64,000 bases of DNA from Eledone cirrhosa (Eukaryota): positions 128,526,001-128,590,000 of the forward strand of contig OZ024745.1 in NCBI GenBank assembly GCA_964016885.1, in the 5' to 3' direction. Below the pieces are notes generated by a model. That model had not been told where the DNA came from. It did no database searches and saw nothing but the letters and a program-made list of their open reading frames with translations. This document shows positions 12,801-27,015 of this stretch, one piece after another; the stretch's first letter is position 1; each line of letters opens with the position of its first letter. The position numbers and the translations under genes are program-made.

Positions 12801-13665
12801 GTGTTGGTGTTGATGGTGTTTGTGGTGGTGGTGGTGTTGGTGTTGGTGTTGGTGTTGATGGTGTTTGTGGTGGTGGTGGTGTTGGTGTTGGTGTTGGTGT
12901 TGATGGTGTTTGTGGTGGTGGTGGTGTTGGTGTTGGTGTTGGTGTTGATGGTGTTTGTGGTGGTGGTGGTGTTGGTGTTGGTGTTGGTGTTGATGGTGTT
13001 TGTGGTGGTGGTGGTGTTGGTGTTGGTGTTGGTCTTGATGGTGTTGGTGTTGGTGGTGTTGGTGTTGGTGTTGGTGGTGTTGGTGGTGTTGGTGTTGGTG
13101 TTGGTGGTGTTGGTGTTGGTGGTGATGGTGGTGGTGGTGTTGGTGGTGGTGGTGGAGGTGTTGGTGGTATTGGTGTTGGTGTTGGTGGTGGTGTTGGTGT
13201 TGGTGTTTGTGGTGGTGTTGGTGTTGGTGGTGTTGGTGGTGGAGGTATTGGTGGTGTTGGTGGTGGAGGTGGTGGTGTTGGTGGTGGAGGTGTTGGTGGT
13301 GGTGGTGGTGGTGGTGGTGTTGGTGGTGGCGGTGGTGGTGTTGGTGGTGTTGGTGTTGGTGGTGGTGGTGGAGGTGGTGGTGGTGTTGGTGGTGTTGGTG
13401 GTGGAGGTGGTGGTGTTGGTGGTGTTGGTGGTGGCGGTGGTGGTGTTGGTGTTGGTGGTGGTGGTGGTGGTGTTGGTGGTGTTGGTGGTGGCGGTGGTGG
13501 TGTTGGTGGTGTTGGTGTTGGTGGTGGTGGTGGAGGTGGTGGTGGTGTTGGTGGTGTTGGTGGTGGAGGTGGTGGTGTTGGTGGTGTTGGTGGTGGCGGT
13601 GGTGGTGTTGGTGTTGGTGGTGGTGGTGGTGGTGTTGGTGGTGTTGGTGGTGGTGGTGGAGGTGG
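9898..13665. repeat. GGT/GTA/GTT-rich low-complexity array with higher-order units
   Basis: About 79-bp units (10140-10400), 162-165-bp units x3 (10620-11100), GTAGTG tract (11275-11705), GGT/GTT tract (12030-13665). Confidence 0.9.
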
Positions 13666-13855
13666 GTTCTTGTTGAAATGAAAAATAATAGTGTTTACAC
13701 TTACGCTTGATAAATTATTATAACTAAGATAAATGCTGGGATAGTGTGCACATGTATTTCTGTTGCACTTGTGCACATACACATTCTTATAAACACATAC
13801 ACATGGTCATAGACACATACACACACGCTCATACGTACATACATATGTATGTATG

Positions 13856-13886
<31 letters not shown>

Positions 13887-13979
13887 ATAAATATATATAC
13901 AGAGAGAGGGGACGATGGTGGAGTTAGTGTCGGTGGTGGTGATGGTGGAGGTGGTGATTGATATATATGTATATATATA

Positions 13980-14036
<57 letters not shown>

Positions 14037-14138
14037 CTAGACTAATGTATTTACATGCCCAATGTAGCACATTCACAGATACAATGTCTCGTGCACACTG
14101 CTTTCATCATCTGTGTAACTTTGAGAGAATACATACAT

Positions 14139-14234
<96 letters not shown>

Positions 14235-14507
14235 TAAGTGGGTAGAGAGAAAGATAGAATAAAAGATAGAGAAACCTGCAGTCACTTCCCTAAAATATAC
14301 TGTAGTCAACTACGTCTATGAAATATCTACGACTTGATCTGAAAACAAGAACTCTGGTTGTTGACAAGGCTTAGTACACCCTAACTCGTGCTAGTCTACT
14401 TTTTAATCATATGCTCCCATTAACTTCATTTTTTCTTTTTTAACTCAAAATATTTTTTCACACCAAAATCTAGATTACGTGGTATGCTGTGTATTGTGTT
14501 GCATAAT

Positions 14508-14697
14508 TAATTGTTTCTACTTTTGGCACAAGACCAGCAATTACGCAGTACATTACTGGTACTTTATTTTATCGACCCCGTAAGGATGAAAGGCAAAGTT
14601 AACCTCGGCGGGATTTGAACTCAGACAATAAAGGGCCGTAACTTTTTGCTTGCAAAGCATGGCGTCTGACCCTCTACCGATACTGCCAATCCACCGC
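14508..14697 (-). mobile_element. SINE family A
   Basis: Full-length match to the family A consensus. Confidence 0.9.
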
Positions 14698-15177
14698 TCA
14701 TTTATTTTAGAAATTATTAAAATAATATTAGGCATTAGACTAATAAAAAATTTTCCTCACGACATAAGTATTTCTAATTAGATTTTTTTATGCTTAACAC
14801 TAACTGAAATGTTCGTGGTTCGGTACATCAGATGATAAGAGGGGAGTTGTTGTCAGTTATTTATTAGAGGTAGGAGTAAGCGGTGAATGCGAGTGAGCCG
14901 TTAAATGTCTTTGATCGGTTAGTCTGACGTCTAACTGGCTGGTTAAACTTGATGGCAGCCTGAGTTACTTACTGGGTAGTTAGTTGGTCAAGAATGTCAA
15001 AATGAATCTCTAAATGATGACCATCATGTATAATCGTCATTGAATGAATAAGAAAAGAGTAAAGATAGGATTGCTGACAAACCACCTAGGTATTTTAAGA
15101 GGTAGTTTTGTGGTGGGTGTACTGAAGTGCTTAGAATCATAGCCTCCCACACACTCGCACGTGTATATATATATATA

Positions 15178-15257
<80 letters not shown>

Positions 15258-15483
15258 TGTGTGTGTGTGTATGTATAATGTACATATATAATTTTGATAG
15301 GCCATGTCTCAAAATAGCACACTCACACTCACACACATATATATGTATATATATATATAACTTTGATAAGCAATGTCTCTAAATAGCACACACACTTACA
15401 CACACATGTATATATATATGTGTGTGTAAGTGTGTGCTATTTAGAGACATTGCCAATCAAACTTATGTATGTACATTATACAT

Positions 15484-15667
15484 ATTGGCAGTATCGGTAG
15501 AGAGTCGGACGCCATGCTTTGCAGCAAAGAGTTACGGCCCTTTATGATCTGAGTTCAAATCCCGCCGAGGTTAACTTTACCTTTCATCCTTACGGGGTCG
15601 ATAAAATAAAGAACCAGTAATACACTGGAATAATTGCTGGCCTTGTGCCAAAAGTAGAAGCAATTAT
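15484..15667 (+). mobile_element. SINE family A
   Basis: Match to the family A consensus. Confidence 0.9.
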
Positions 15668-15727
15668 ACATATATATAGTTACACATGTGCGAATATATA
15701 TATAATTCATTTTTTAATAGTGAGTCT

Positions 15728-15771
15728 TGTTACTCTGGAGTTTCGCCTGTTTAACACAGGGTCATCAGACA
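15728..15771 (-). ncRNA. Type I hammerhead ribozyme, near-intact
   Basis: Minus strand TGT-CTGATGA-c-CCTGT-gttaa-ACAGG-c-GAAA-CTCCAGAG-TA-ACA; C-C mismatch at the base of stem II, stem I only 3 bp. Confidence 0.7.
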
Positions 15772-15799
15772 GTAACTATATATTACTATATTATATATA

Positions 15800-15911
15800 T
15801 CGACAGTCGATCGACTTTCGTCAAATCAGACCGGGGAAACAATGTTTCCGTTGGTCTTTCCAATTGCTAATACTATATATCGGTTGCAACTCCAGGGAGA
15901 AGGAGCGACGT

Positions 15912-15913
<2 letters not shown>
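15800..15913 (-). mobile_element. SINE family B1, 3' half
   Basis: CGACAGTCGATCGACTTTCGTCAAATC..GCAACTCCAGG tail. Confidence 0.8.
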
Positions 15914-15948
<35 letters not shown>

Positions 15949-15955
<7 letters not shown>

Positions 15956-16130
15956 TTGTGGCCCGACGGCAGAGCTCTAGCCATTTCAACAACAAAATCC
16001 AGAGTCTGGAATTTGTTGTCGAAACGGTAAGACTTCTGCCATCGAGTCCCAATTCTAATATATTTATACTCTACTTTACTAAGTATCGAGTACTCTGCTG
16101 AATAATGGTTTTACTAGTTTAAAATTGATA
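15949..16130 (+). mobile_element. Fold-back element family E
   Basis: Imperfect hairpin 15949-16059 folding at CCAGA-G-TCTGG; GAAACGG..GCCATC; tail ACTCTACTTTACTAAGTATCGAGTACT. Confidence 0.7.
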
Positions 16131-16261
16131 AAATGCTGATATGTATCTATCTATCTATCCCTCTATATACATAGATCTTGCCTCGAGCTGATCGATAGAG
16201 AAACATGTAATATGCTATTATGATACAACACTAAATTCTTGTTCCTTATCCTTATAGTATA

Positions 16262-16300
16262 TACTAGCATAATGGCCCGGCGTTGCTCGGGATTTGCTCT
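16262..16300 (+). mobile_element. Helentron/HINE-like terminus
   Basis: ACTAGC..CCCGGCGTTGCTCGGG subterminal hairpin; lies between direct repeats TTGTTCCTTATCCTTATAGTATATA. Confidence 0.4.
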
Positions 16301-16342
16301 AGCGTTCTTATATATTTGGAATTATTGTTCCTTATCCTTATA

Positions 16343-16446
<104 letters not shown>

Positions 16447-16832
16447 TTGAATTTATTATATATATATATTTGAATTTTTTATATATATATATATATATTA
16501 CAATATATATTTGAATTACACACATACACGCACACACACACACACCCCACACCCACACACACATACATGACTGTGCCATGTATAAAATATGACTTGCAGC
16601 AATTCAAATAACAGATTGTTTTAGCAATGTGAAGTCAAGAACTCTGTTTGAAATGTTTAAATAACTACAAACACTAAACGAATATAATAACTAAAAAAAT
16701 ATAGGATTAATGTAAATTTTAGCGAAAGGAAAAACGCTGCGTCTTCTGCAACAATAAAGTTCAGATTTTCATAAATGTAATATGATAACGTTTCGAAAAA
16801 TGTTTAATTTATTTTGTTTAAAATATAATGAA

Positions 16833-17300
16833 TTCTACTATAGGCACAAGGCCAGCAATCTTGGGAAGAGTAAAGTCGATTAAATCGATCCTAGTACGTT
16901 ACTGATACTTTATTTTATTAACCCCGTAAGGATGAAAGGTAAAGTTAACCTCGGCGGGATTTGAACTCAGAACGTAAAGGACCGTAACTCCGTGCCACGC
17001 AAAGCATGTGAAGGCGCATAGCTTAGTGGTTGCATTGGGCTTGCAATCGAAATGTTGTGAGTTCAATTCTCAGACCGGGTGAATGTGTTGTTTCCTTCAG
17101 CAAGACACTTTATTTCACGTTGCTCCAGTTTACTCAGCTGTAGAAATGAGATGATAGGACTGGGGTCCCTATCATTAAATCACCCAAGACACCTCCAACG
17201 AGATATACCTTGGAGGAGGCCAGCTAGACCTGCAGAGGTGTGAGCTGTAACAACAACAACAAAGCATGTTGTCCGACGCTCTACCGATACCACTACTTCA
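16833..17300 (-). mobile_element. SINE family A split by a nested SINE
   Basis: Body 16833-17009; head resumes at 17260-17300. Confidence 0.85.
17010..17259 (+). mobile_element. tRNA/CORE-type SINE (B3) with (CAA)n tail and 10-bp TSD
   Basis: TSD CAAAGCATGT at 17000-17009 and 17260-17269; tRNA-like head; CORE-like GCAAGACACTTTATTTCACGTTGCTCCAG. Confidence 0.85.
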
Positions 17301-17317
17301 CCGTTCGGGGAAATAAT

Positions 17318-17632
17318 TGTTTCTACTTTTGGCACAAGGCCACCAATTACACAGTACATTACTGGTACTTTATTTTATCAACCGTTCGGGAAAATAATAG
17401 TTTCTGATTGAGCTAACCGTTCATGAAAATAATGGATTCCCAGTCATTTAAAGGGAAGGGTTGCAGTGTCGATTAATTCGACGCCAGTACGTTACTGGTA
17501 CTTTGTTTTATCGACCCCGTAAGGATGAAAAGCAAAGCTAACCTCGGCGGGATTTGAACTCAGAATGGAAAGGGCCGTAACTCTTTGCTACAAAGCATGG
17601 CGTCCGACGCTCTACCGATACTGCCAATCCAA
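17318..17632 (-). mobile_element. Two SINE family A copies (5'-truncated 17318-17380; 17452-17632)
   Basis: Truncated copy is flanked by an 18-bp TSD ACCGTTCGGG(G/A)AAATAAT at 17300 and 17381. Confidence 0.85.
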
Positions 17633-18660
17633 TGCTACGATTTCTAGCAAATTCTCATTCTTAGGCTCCTGTGTTGTCAGCGTATGAGTAAGATAGGTGT
17701 ATAGTTGGAGAGACGGTCCGGTGATTTAAAGGTGTGTGAAAAACAAAATACCACTTAACTTGCTGAGATCACAGAGACAGGGATAGTGAGAATGTGGGGT
17801 GTTGGGAGGAATAGGTTTGATGTTGAGGTTGAGATGAAGGTTAAGTGTGGGTAAAGTGCTGGTTGGTAGGTCTACATAATTGACCTGTGTCACACAGGAC
17901 ATTGGTCAAGGAGATAATCAGTACGAACGAGGCCGACACGGTTCACAGAATAACGTCTGACTCTTTACAGAAAAACAGACAACACAACACATACATACGC
18001 ACACACGCATACATACACACACACACACATGCATACACACACACACACATACATACACACACACACACATACATACACACACACATACATACATACATAC
18101 ATACACACATACATACCCCCCCCATACACACACATATACATACACATACACACACACATACACACACATACATACATACATACATACATACATACACACA
18201 CATACGCACACACCCACACATACATACACACACACATACATACATACACACACACGCATACATACACTCTCTCTCACACACACATATACACACACATACA
18301 CACACACATACATACATACATACGTACATACATACACACATACATACATGCATATATATATATGTGTGTGTGTATAGGTATGTGCGTGTATATGTATGTA
18401 AGAGTGTGTCTGTGTGTGTATGTGTGTAGATGTTCCTGAATACATACAAATATATATGTGCGTCTGTTTCTTTAATTGTCTATCGACAAATGTATATACA
18501 CAATTAAATTAGATACCTTCGCATGTGTGAATGAGGGCCTTGTTCCTTTAACTAATTCCAGTCATTCAAGTGTTACCATGCTGGGGCAATGCCTTCAAAA
18601 GATTTAATCGATAAGACCGTCTCCAGTATTTATTTTTCAAGTCTGGTACTTATTTCAATA

Positions 18661-18985
18661 TGGCGGCGAATTGGCAGAGTCGTTAGAGCGTACGATAGAA
18701 TGCTTTATGTTATTCCTTCCGACTTTCTTCTCTCTGAGTTCAAATCCCGCTGAGGTCAACTTTGCCTTTCATCTTTTTTCGAGGTCAATAAAAAAAGTAC
18801 CAGTCTGTTACTGAGATCGATTCTTCCTATCTTTCTCATTTCCTCTCTCACAATTTCTATCTTTCTCTCGAAGAAATCTGCTGTATCCAGGCCTGGAGAG
18901 AGAGGGGCTCCGGCAGGCATAAAATGCCCAAGAAACGCCGTATGTCAATACGGTGCCGCTACAACTCTGTCAGGAGTTGCGGGAC
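18661..18985 (+). mobile_element. SINE family C (A-like head and core, different long tail)
   Basis: GAGTTCAAATCCCG..GCCTTTCATC then tail GAAGAAATCTGCTGTAT..CCTGGAGAG shared with the copies at 20260 and 44480. Confidence 0.75.
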
Positions 18986-20259
18986 CATACATACTTATTG
19001 TATCGAACTGTTTTGTTAGGGTACATAAACAAACAACAGATATAAATGCAGACATGGAGAAACCCACAGACACAAACACACATATATAAATCTCCAAAAT
19101 GGCCGACTAAATACGCACGTGTCCCCCTCTTATTATATATATATATATTTATACATATATACACACACACGCACACAAATATATATATATATATATGTAT
19201 ACATATATACATATATACATATATATATATGTGCGTGTATATACATATATATACATATATATATATATATACATACACATATATATATATATATATACAC
19301 ACATTTCTGTTTACCTTTTACATACATATATATATGTGTGTATGTGTGTTTGTGTGTGTGTGTGTGTGTGTATCCTTCAATCTATGTAATCTAATATCTA
19401 GTTAAATCTACATTAAATGTACCTTAAAATCTTCACATATAGGCTGTGATCTAGCATAAATATCTGTAATTTAATTAATTACGCTGCCAAACATATGCAC
19501 ACCATGCAAATCATTCACTACTATTCAGTGAACACGCTCTACTTCAGTGTCTTTCAAGAGATGCCGCTGGCTCTTCTCTTGAAGCTATACTTTCTCTCAC
19601 TCAACTTTCTGAATTGGACGTTAGCAACGAGGAACTCTCAGAAAACTAAACAAAAATGTTTTGTCTTTCGCCTTTCTCTATGTTCAATTACTCCCTCTAT
19701 CGCTCATCAATAGTTGTTTGATTATCTCACTCCCCCCCCCCTCTCTATCTCTCTCTCTCTCTCTATGTATCTATCTATCTGTATCCCCCCTGTCTCTCTC
19801 TATCTATCTATCACTATCTTCCCCCCTGTCTCTCTCTATCTATCTATCACTATCTTCCCCCCTCTCTCCCTCTTATCACCCCCAATCCGTCTCTCTCTCA
19901 TGTCATCGTCCTAGGTGCCTTTATTATTCAAATTCTTAACCTCTCTTTCATTCCCCCTATACCGACACTACTACCACAGAGACCCAAAATAGTTGGCATT
20001 CTGAACTGTTTCCACCAATTAGTACCTTTAGTTATTCATATTTGAAACTGATGCCTTACTTAGATCCCTTTCAGACCTAGAAACATATCAACTACTCTAT
20101 CACCTTCTTAATCACCCCGAATCTGTATCACAGCTGTGACTACCAATACGGTTCCCGTACAATCGGATCTCTTGGACATGCACTATCCTACACCTATAAA
20201 TGCACTAAAATATGCACAATTCTACACCAATCAGAAGTACAAACATAGTACACATAAAA

Positions 20260-20655
20260 AGGCGGCGAATTGACAGAGACATTAGAACTTCGGATAGAGT
20301 GCTTTGTGGTATTCGTTTCGTATCGCTGAACTCTCTAAGTTCAAATCCCGCCGAGATCAACTTTGCCTTACATTCATTCAAGGCTGAGGACAAAGTACCA
20401 GTTTAGTACTGGGGTCAATTCTTCCTCAATGTCTATTTCTCACATCCATTCAAGGCTGATAAATAAAAGTACTAGTCTAGTACTGGGGACAAATCTTCCC
20501 CTATGTCTATTTCTCACATCCATTCTCTCACTCCCTATCCTTCTCTGGAAGAAATCTGCTGTATTCGGACCTGGAGAGGAGATGGGCTCCGCCAGGTTTT
20601 TAAAAAGTGTCCTAGAAACGCCGTGTGTCAATACGTCGCCCCTACGACTCCCTTG
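20260..20655 (+). mobile_element. SINE family C with an internal duplication of about 75 bp
   Basis: As above; CATTCAAGGCTGA..TTTCTCACATC is repeated. Confidence 0.75.
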
Positions 20656-20791
20656 AGAGTAAATAACTAGCTTTCTGTAGAAATACTGATCGATGAAGCT
20701 ATAAAATATTGAAATCTTGTCAAACTAACTCATTTCTTATTGATTCATTCTAGTTATAACAAAAATAACAGGGACAGCAGGAAGGATAGAG

Positions 20792-20973
20792 ATAATAATT
20801 GCTTCTATTTTTGGCACAAGGCCAGCAATTACCCAGTGCATTACTGGTACTTTATTTTATCGACCCCGTATGGATGAAAGGCAAAGTTAACCTCGGCGGG
20901 ATTTGAACTCAGATCGTAAAGGGACATAATTCTATGCTAGAAAGCATGTCCGACCCTCTACCGATACTGCCAA
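20792..20973 (-). mobile_element. SINE family A
   Basis: Consensus match. Confidence 0.9.
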
Positions 20974-21169
20974 ATGATAGAAAGGGTGTCTCCGTGTAAA
21001 CAAGTACAAACAACCACGTTGCGGTTTCCGTTCGTTACCTTGTATGCAAATTCTAAGTGGTTACCAATGTGTCAGAACGTGGAAGAGCCGAACTCCCACT
21101 GAAATTGCCTCCATCTCTCTCGCCCTCCCCATCTCTCTGTATGGTGAGCAAATGGAGTCCCACGTGCTG

Positions 21170-21445
21170 GCCGCGTCACAGCCCCGGCGGACAGAATAGA
21201 GAAGGCGTTTCCTCGGAGGATGGTAACGGAGATGCGCTGGAAGAGCCATTCCATCTCGCGAGGCTCACACCTGCGGCTGGCCGGGTCATCGCCTATGGTG
21301 GTGAGTAGGGAGGTAGCCCTGCAGCCAAGGACACCAGAAGTCTCCACTGCCAAGGGCACGACCGCAAACTTGTCGGAGAGTGACCCCGGTATTTGGAGAG
21401 CTTGGCCTCCTCAGCCCAAAGTGCAGCAGAACATTACGGCACCAC
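21170..21445 (-). pseudogene. CRE-like non-LTR retrotransposon, C-terminal restriction-like endonuclease fragment
   Basis: AEEAKLSKY..(frameshift)..FAVVPLAVETSGVLG..EPREMEWLFQRISVTILRGNAFSIL. Confidence 0.75.
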
Positions 21446-21888
21446 ATATACCATACACATAAAATGCAATCGTAATCCAGTTGTTAGTAGCTGCTATGAT
21501 GTATAGACGGTGTAGTAGCGGTAAGAGGAATCGTGTGGTAGTTGTTTTTTATGGTGGTAATATTATGAAGATGAGGCTCTGATGTAATGCTATATAGATA
21601 GTAATGCGTACGTGATGAGGTGGCAGGGATAGTATACAGATATACCTGCATGATTAAATGTAAGTATGTATGTACGCATGTATGTATGCATGCATATATT
21701 ATGAATGTATGTACGTATGTATGCATGTTTGTATACATGTATGTATGTATTTATGTATATATGTATGTATGTGTTTGTGTGCGTGTGTATACATTTATAT
21801 ATATATATATTCGTGTGTGTCTATGCCTGTATATATATATATATACGCGTGTGTGTATATGTGCGTGTATGTGTGTGTGTATATATTC

Positions 21889-22008
<120 letters not shown>

Positions 22009-22714
22009 ATATATATGTATGTATATGTATACGTGTGCCTGTGTATGCATGGAGGAGAGCTTTTCTTTGAAACATGTATTATTAAAACATTACAAAGAGA
22101 GATCTATAGAATAAAATAAACACAAGTGAATAAAGCAAGTACAAACAAGTCGATAGAATAATCGAGGAAACAATACAGAAACAAATTCAACACAGCAAAA
22201 CACAAACGAAATAGAACCAGATACTACGCTAACTAAAAATAAACCATATACAAAGAGTATTATAAAGTCTGTTTTAACTCAGGAGACTCATCAAGTCGGT
22301 GTTATCCCGGTTTCGTGGCCTGACACCAGTCCATCGTAGGGTTATTTGAAGCATGGGAGTTCGGCTCTTCCACGACCGGACCATATCTCTGTGGTTGTGT
22401 TTATTATCTATAATATTTAAGTAAGTAAGTTTGCATCAATCTATTTATAGTCCGATGTTACTCACTTTGAAAAAAAGAAGGCAATCTTCAACTTCAATTA
22501 TAATATGAACCTCTCTACTAACAAAAAACACATCATCTTCTCATCTGTGACTTTAATGCAAGGTTAAAGTCTATCTCAATCCAGTAAGCTCGTCAGATCT
22601 GTTCTAAATCCTCGGTTTCGAGCCGTAAAGTGACTGGGAGTACAAGTATTTCCCCTGGACAGGACACCAGTCCCTCGCAGGGTTATGTAAAGTATATGTA
22701 TAATGTTAAGTTAA

Positions 22715-22955
22715 AGTTTGTCTGAAGCCAGAAATGTGCTTATCCCGGTATCGTGGCGTGAAGCGACTGAGAGTACAAGACTTCTTCCTTGGACAGGAGT
22801 CCATCGCAGGGTTAAACCCCCAGCTATTGCTGGTACTCGTTTTCAGCTAAGTGTACTGGATCAATGTGAAATGAAGAGTTTTGCTCAAGAAGCCAACACA
22901 CAACCCAGCCCAGGAATCGAACCCATGTCATTATAATCGTAAGTCCTACATGCCT
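22715..22955 (-). mobile_element. tRNA/CORE-like SINE with CCCTGCGATGGAC (Nin/V-like) 3' domain
   Basis: B-box GGTTCGATTCC, CTTGAGCAAAACTCTT, CCCTGCGATGGAC..TCCAAGG; partial tail copies at about 22300-22345 and 22600-22685. Confidence 0.6.
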
Positions 22956-23124
22956 ACACCTGGTCACCATCGGACTGAGTCGATGGATTAAGTGTTTAAT
23001 AAGATTTTTGAAGTAATTCTCACAGGTTTTGTGTCAGTTTTCACCCTTAATATACATTATGCTGTGGGAAGTTCTCGACAAGTTCCCAAGCACTTTTCAT
23101 GACAGATATTGCTGAACAGAAAGA

Positions 23125-23680
23125 CACAGCGCCTGGATGATCGCCCTCTAAAGTTTTGGAAACTGGAGAAGCTACGGAAGAATTTCCTGAAGCTCTGTAA
23201 TGAAACTTGTCATAAGAACCGTCCCAAGGGGTGAAGAATCTTCATCTAAGGCCAATACCGAAATATGTTGACCTAAGAAAAACGGACAATTACAAGGGCA
23301 TTTTGCTCTCCCAAGATGCAGCCAAGATTTACAACCTCTATCTACTTAATAAAATTCGACCTGTTATCAACGAGGTATTATTACGTCTGAATAAAAAGGG
23401 TTTTCGCTAAGGTTGCTCCATCACACTCAACTGCCATACTCTTCACCGTATAGTAGAACTGATAAATCATGGTATGAAGGGTGTATTTACGTTTATCGAT
23501 ATCCGAAAAGCCTATCAATCGTGAGAAAATGTTTGAAATTATCGAAGCTTACGACATTCCACCTGATATAGGCGATGCAATCCAAGTCATGTACGGAAAT
23601 ACTTCTGCATTAGTAATCGCCACAGTTGATGAAACTGAAGCATTCAACATCAACACTGGCGTTCTCCGAGTGACCTTCAT
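23125..23680 (+). pseudogene. RTE-clade reverse transcriptase fragment
   Basis: DLRKTDNYKGILLSQDAAKIYNLYLLNKIRPVI..GFR*GCS..REKMFEIIEAYDIP..MYGNTSA..FNINTGVL, with stops and frameshifts. Confidence 0.85.
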
Positions 23681-23780
23681 GTATGTATGTAGATGTGTCT
23701 GCAATGGCAAAAGTTATTGCATTAAATTGAACGCTTGGCCAGCGCTTTTGTTCCGTGTATGAACATAAATAAACAATATA

Positions 23781-23961
23781 ATATAATTGTTTCTACTTTT
23801 GCACAAGGTCAGTAATTATCCCAGTACATTACTGGTACTTTATTTTATCGACCCCGTAAGGATGAAAGGCAAAGTTAACCTTGGCGGGATTTGAGCTAAG
23901 AACGTTAAGGGACGTAACTCTGCTGTAAAGCATGGCGTCCGATCCTCTACCTATACTGCAA
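23781..23961 (-). mobile_element. SINE family A
   Basis: Consensus match. Confidence 0.9.
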
Positions 23962-24406
23962 TATAATATAATATAATACACACACACACATACATATATA
24001 TATACATATATAAAGGACACAGGGTTATTGATGTGTAATACGGTGGTCTTGCCGTTTCTTTCTTCTTTTTTAAGAGGCCGTTTGGGAGTGCTTTGGCTGC
24101 TATTTCTAGTAGGTTCTCCCATTAGCTCCATTGACAGGGATTTATTTCACTGAGTGACCTGAAACATGACAGTCCTTCTTAAGAAGGAAAATACAAAACT
24201 GTGTCGCGTCGTATGGTACCCAACACCGGGTGATTAAGGTACAAAAAAGCATCTGTCTGAAATTCAACTATTCAGTATTGTAAAACAAAACGCTTACACA
24301 CACACACACACATATATATATATACACACACACATATATATACACACACACACACACAAATATTTCCATTGTGACAGATCTTTAACTTTTTACTAGACAA
24401 CAAGAG

Positions 24407-24626
<220 letters not shown>

Positions 24627-24651
24627 TATATATATTTATATACACTATATA

Positions 24652-24813
24652 GTAATAATAATAAATTTGAAGACTAAAATCCAAAGAGGGCTCGATAAGG
24701 ATAAATATATATCAAATATATAAGAACCGTAGAGCAAATATTTATTAAAATAACAGATTAAAGTTTAAGCAAAGAATCGGTGCTTTCACCCTTAACGGGA
24801 TCTTCTGAAACTA
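24652..24813 (-). mobile_element. Repeat family F
   Basis: Near-identical to the copies at 4320 and 28572; TA-flanked. Confidence 0.75.
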
Positions 24814-24826
24814 ACACTATATATAC

Positions 24827-24865
<39 letters not shown>

Positions 24866-25224
24866 TATACTCTTTTTCTCTTTTACCTGTTCTAGCCATT
24901 CGGCTCAGGCCATGCTGAGGCACCGCCCTTGGGTGTATATATGTATTTTATAACACATGAGATTTCTAGTAATGTACTTTTTCAGTCATGTATGCTTTTT
25001 AATGTATAAAGAAAATTAATTGTCGCAGGAAAAGTTACCACTTAAAATAAAATTTCGCGGGAGATAGATTATATCACCACCCAGAAGTCATTCCAGAATC
25101 CACAGAACCAAAACAACTTTCAATCCCAAGAGCACAATGAGATGGAGTACGTAGCTCGAAGATCAGAGAATCACTCCAGGTTGAATCGTTACTTCTCCGA
25201 ATTGAGAGATCACAGCTCCGACAC

Positions 25225-25440
25225 TACAGACATGTGGTTACAATATCTAATGAAAGAATTAGCTGGACAGATTTTACGAGCAACACCAACCGGCATTAGA
25301 CCCAGAGGTAGACCCCTATCAAAATGGTTGGATAACATCCATGAGCTTGGTTGGTCTGCCAGGGAATCAAGCTAGATCAGTTGGAGACGGTTGCTTCTGA
25401 CTGGACCCGCTGGAAGAAGTGATTGTAGACTCTGGTTTAC
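25225..25440 (+). mobile_element. RTE-clade LINE 3' fragment
   Basis: ELAGQILRATPTGIRPRGRPLSKWLDNIHELGWS. Confidence 0.75.
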
Positions 25441-25855
25441 CGATCCTTCATCGAAAGATAGTTAGAAATAGAAGGTAAATAGAAAGAAAAGTGTGATAAT
25501 AGGAAGCACCAAGGAAATTGAAGTAAAAAAAGGGGAGAGAAAAACACACTTGCGTATTCAGGCAGCCATCTTGTATATATGTATATATCTATAATGCTCT
25601 TCTATTTTAATGTGGGTTAAATATAATTAAGATCGTGTTAGAACACCACCTTCGTATATGTGTGTGAGTGTGTGTGTGTACGTAAGTACATGTGTGTCTG
25701 TACGTGTGTGTGTGAGTGTGTGTGTACGTGCGTGTGTACACGTGTGTGTATATACGTGTGGCACAATTTTTTTTATAGCAAGAATCAAAATATTTTTATA
25801 TTTATGTTGAGAATTTAATCCTAATACACACACATACATATATATATAAGTATAC

Positions 25856-25903
<48 letters not shown>

Positions 25904-25965
25904 ATATATATATATATATATACATATATATGTATATATATTTATATATATTTTTATATATATAC

Positions 25966-26009
<44 letters not shown>

Positions 26010-26028
26010 ATATATATGTATGTATATA

Positions 26029-26092
<64 letters not shown>

Positions 26093-26184
26093 TATATATG
26101 TATATATATCTATATATATTTTTATATATATACATATGTATATATATATATATATACATATGTATATATATCTATATATATTTT

Positions 26185-26253
<69 letters not shown>

Positions 26254-26581
26254 GTGTATATACATATATGTATATATATGTATATACATATATACTTACA
26301 TATATATATGTAAAAGCAGCGATTCTTTGCTTAAACTTTAATCTGTTATTTACATATATATATATATGTATGTATATATATGTAGTATCAAGTATTTTTT
26401 CTGGTTGTGCAATTTGATAATGCGTGATGAATAGTCTCAATCTAGTGTTTTGGATAACTTCCTTATTGATTATTAATTACTACGAAGAATATAATTAAAC
26501 GGACTTGAGTGGCAGACGCCCGGAGCAATCTCTCTAAAAAGAATAATTGTAATTGCTTAGTCACGCTCACAGTAAGATATT

Positions 26582-26652
<71 letters not shown>

Positions 26653-26721
26653 TTCCTCGGTCCTATTTGACGAAAGTCAATCGAATATATATATATGTAT
26701 GTATGTATGTATATGTATATA

Positions 26722-26752
<31 letters not shown>

Positions 26753-26920
26753 GTGTATATATATGTGTATGTATATATATATATATATATGCATATATAT
26801 ATATATATACATATATATTATATATATATACATACACTCACACACATATATATATATATATATGTGTGTGTGTATGTATATATATATAATATATATATGT
26901 TTATATATAATATATATATG

Positions 26921-26973
<53 letters not shown>

Positions 26974-27015
26974 ATATATGTATACATACATACATGCATA
27001 CATACATATATATAT

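Noticed and set aside
11992-13782. 596-aa Pro/Thr ORF and antisense Gly/Val ORFs as genes
   Set aside because: Several frames are open because of GGT periodicity; there is no signal peptide or domain, and adjacent Thr-rich frames contain stops.
21030-21100. LTR end plus primer-binding-site-like ACA-T-TGGTAACC on the minus strand
   Set aside because: No second LTR or gag/pol seen; the neighbouring coding remnant is non-LTR (CRE-like).
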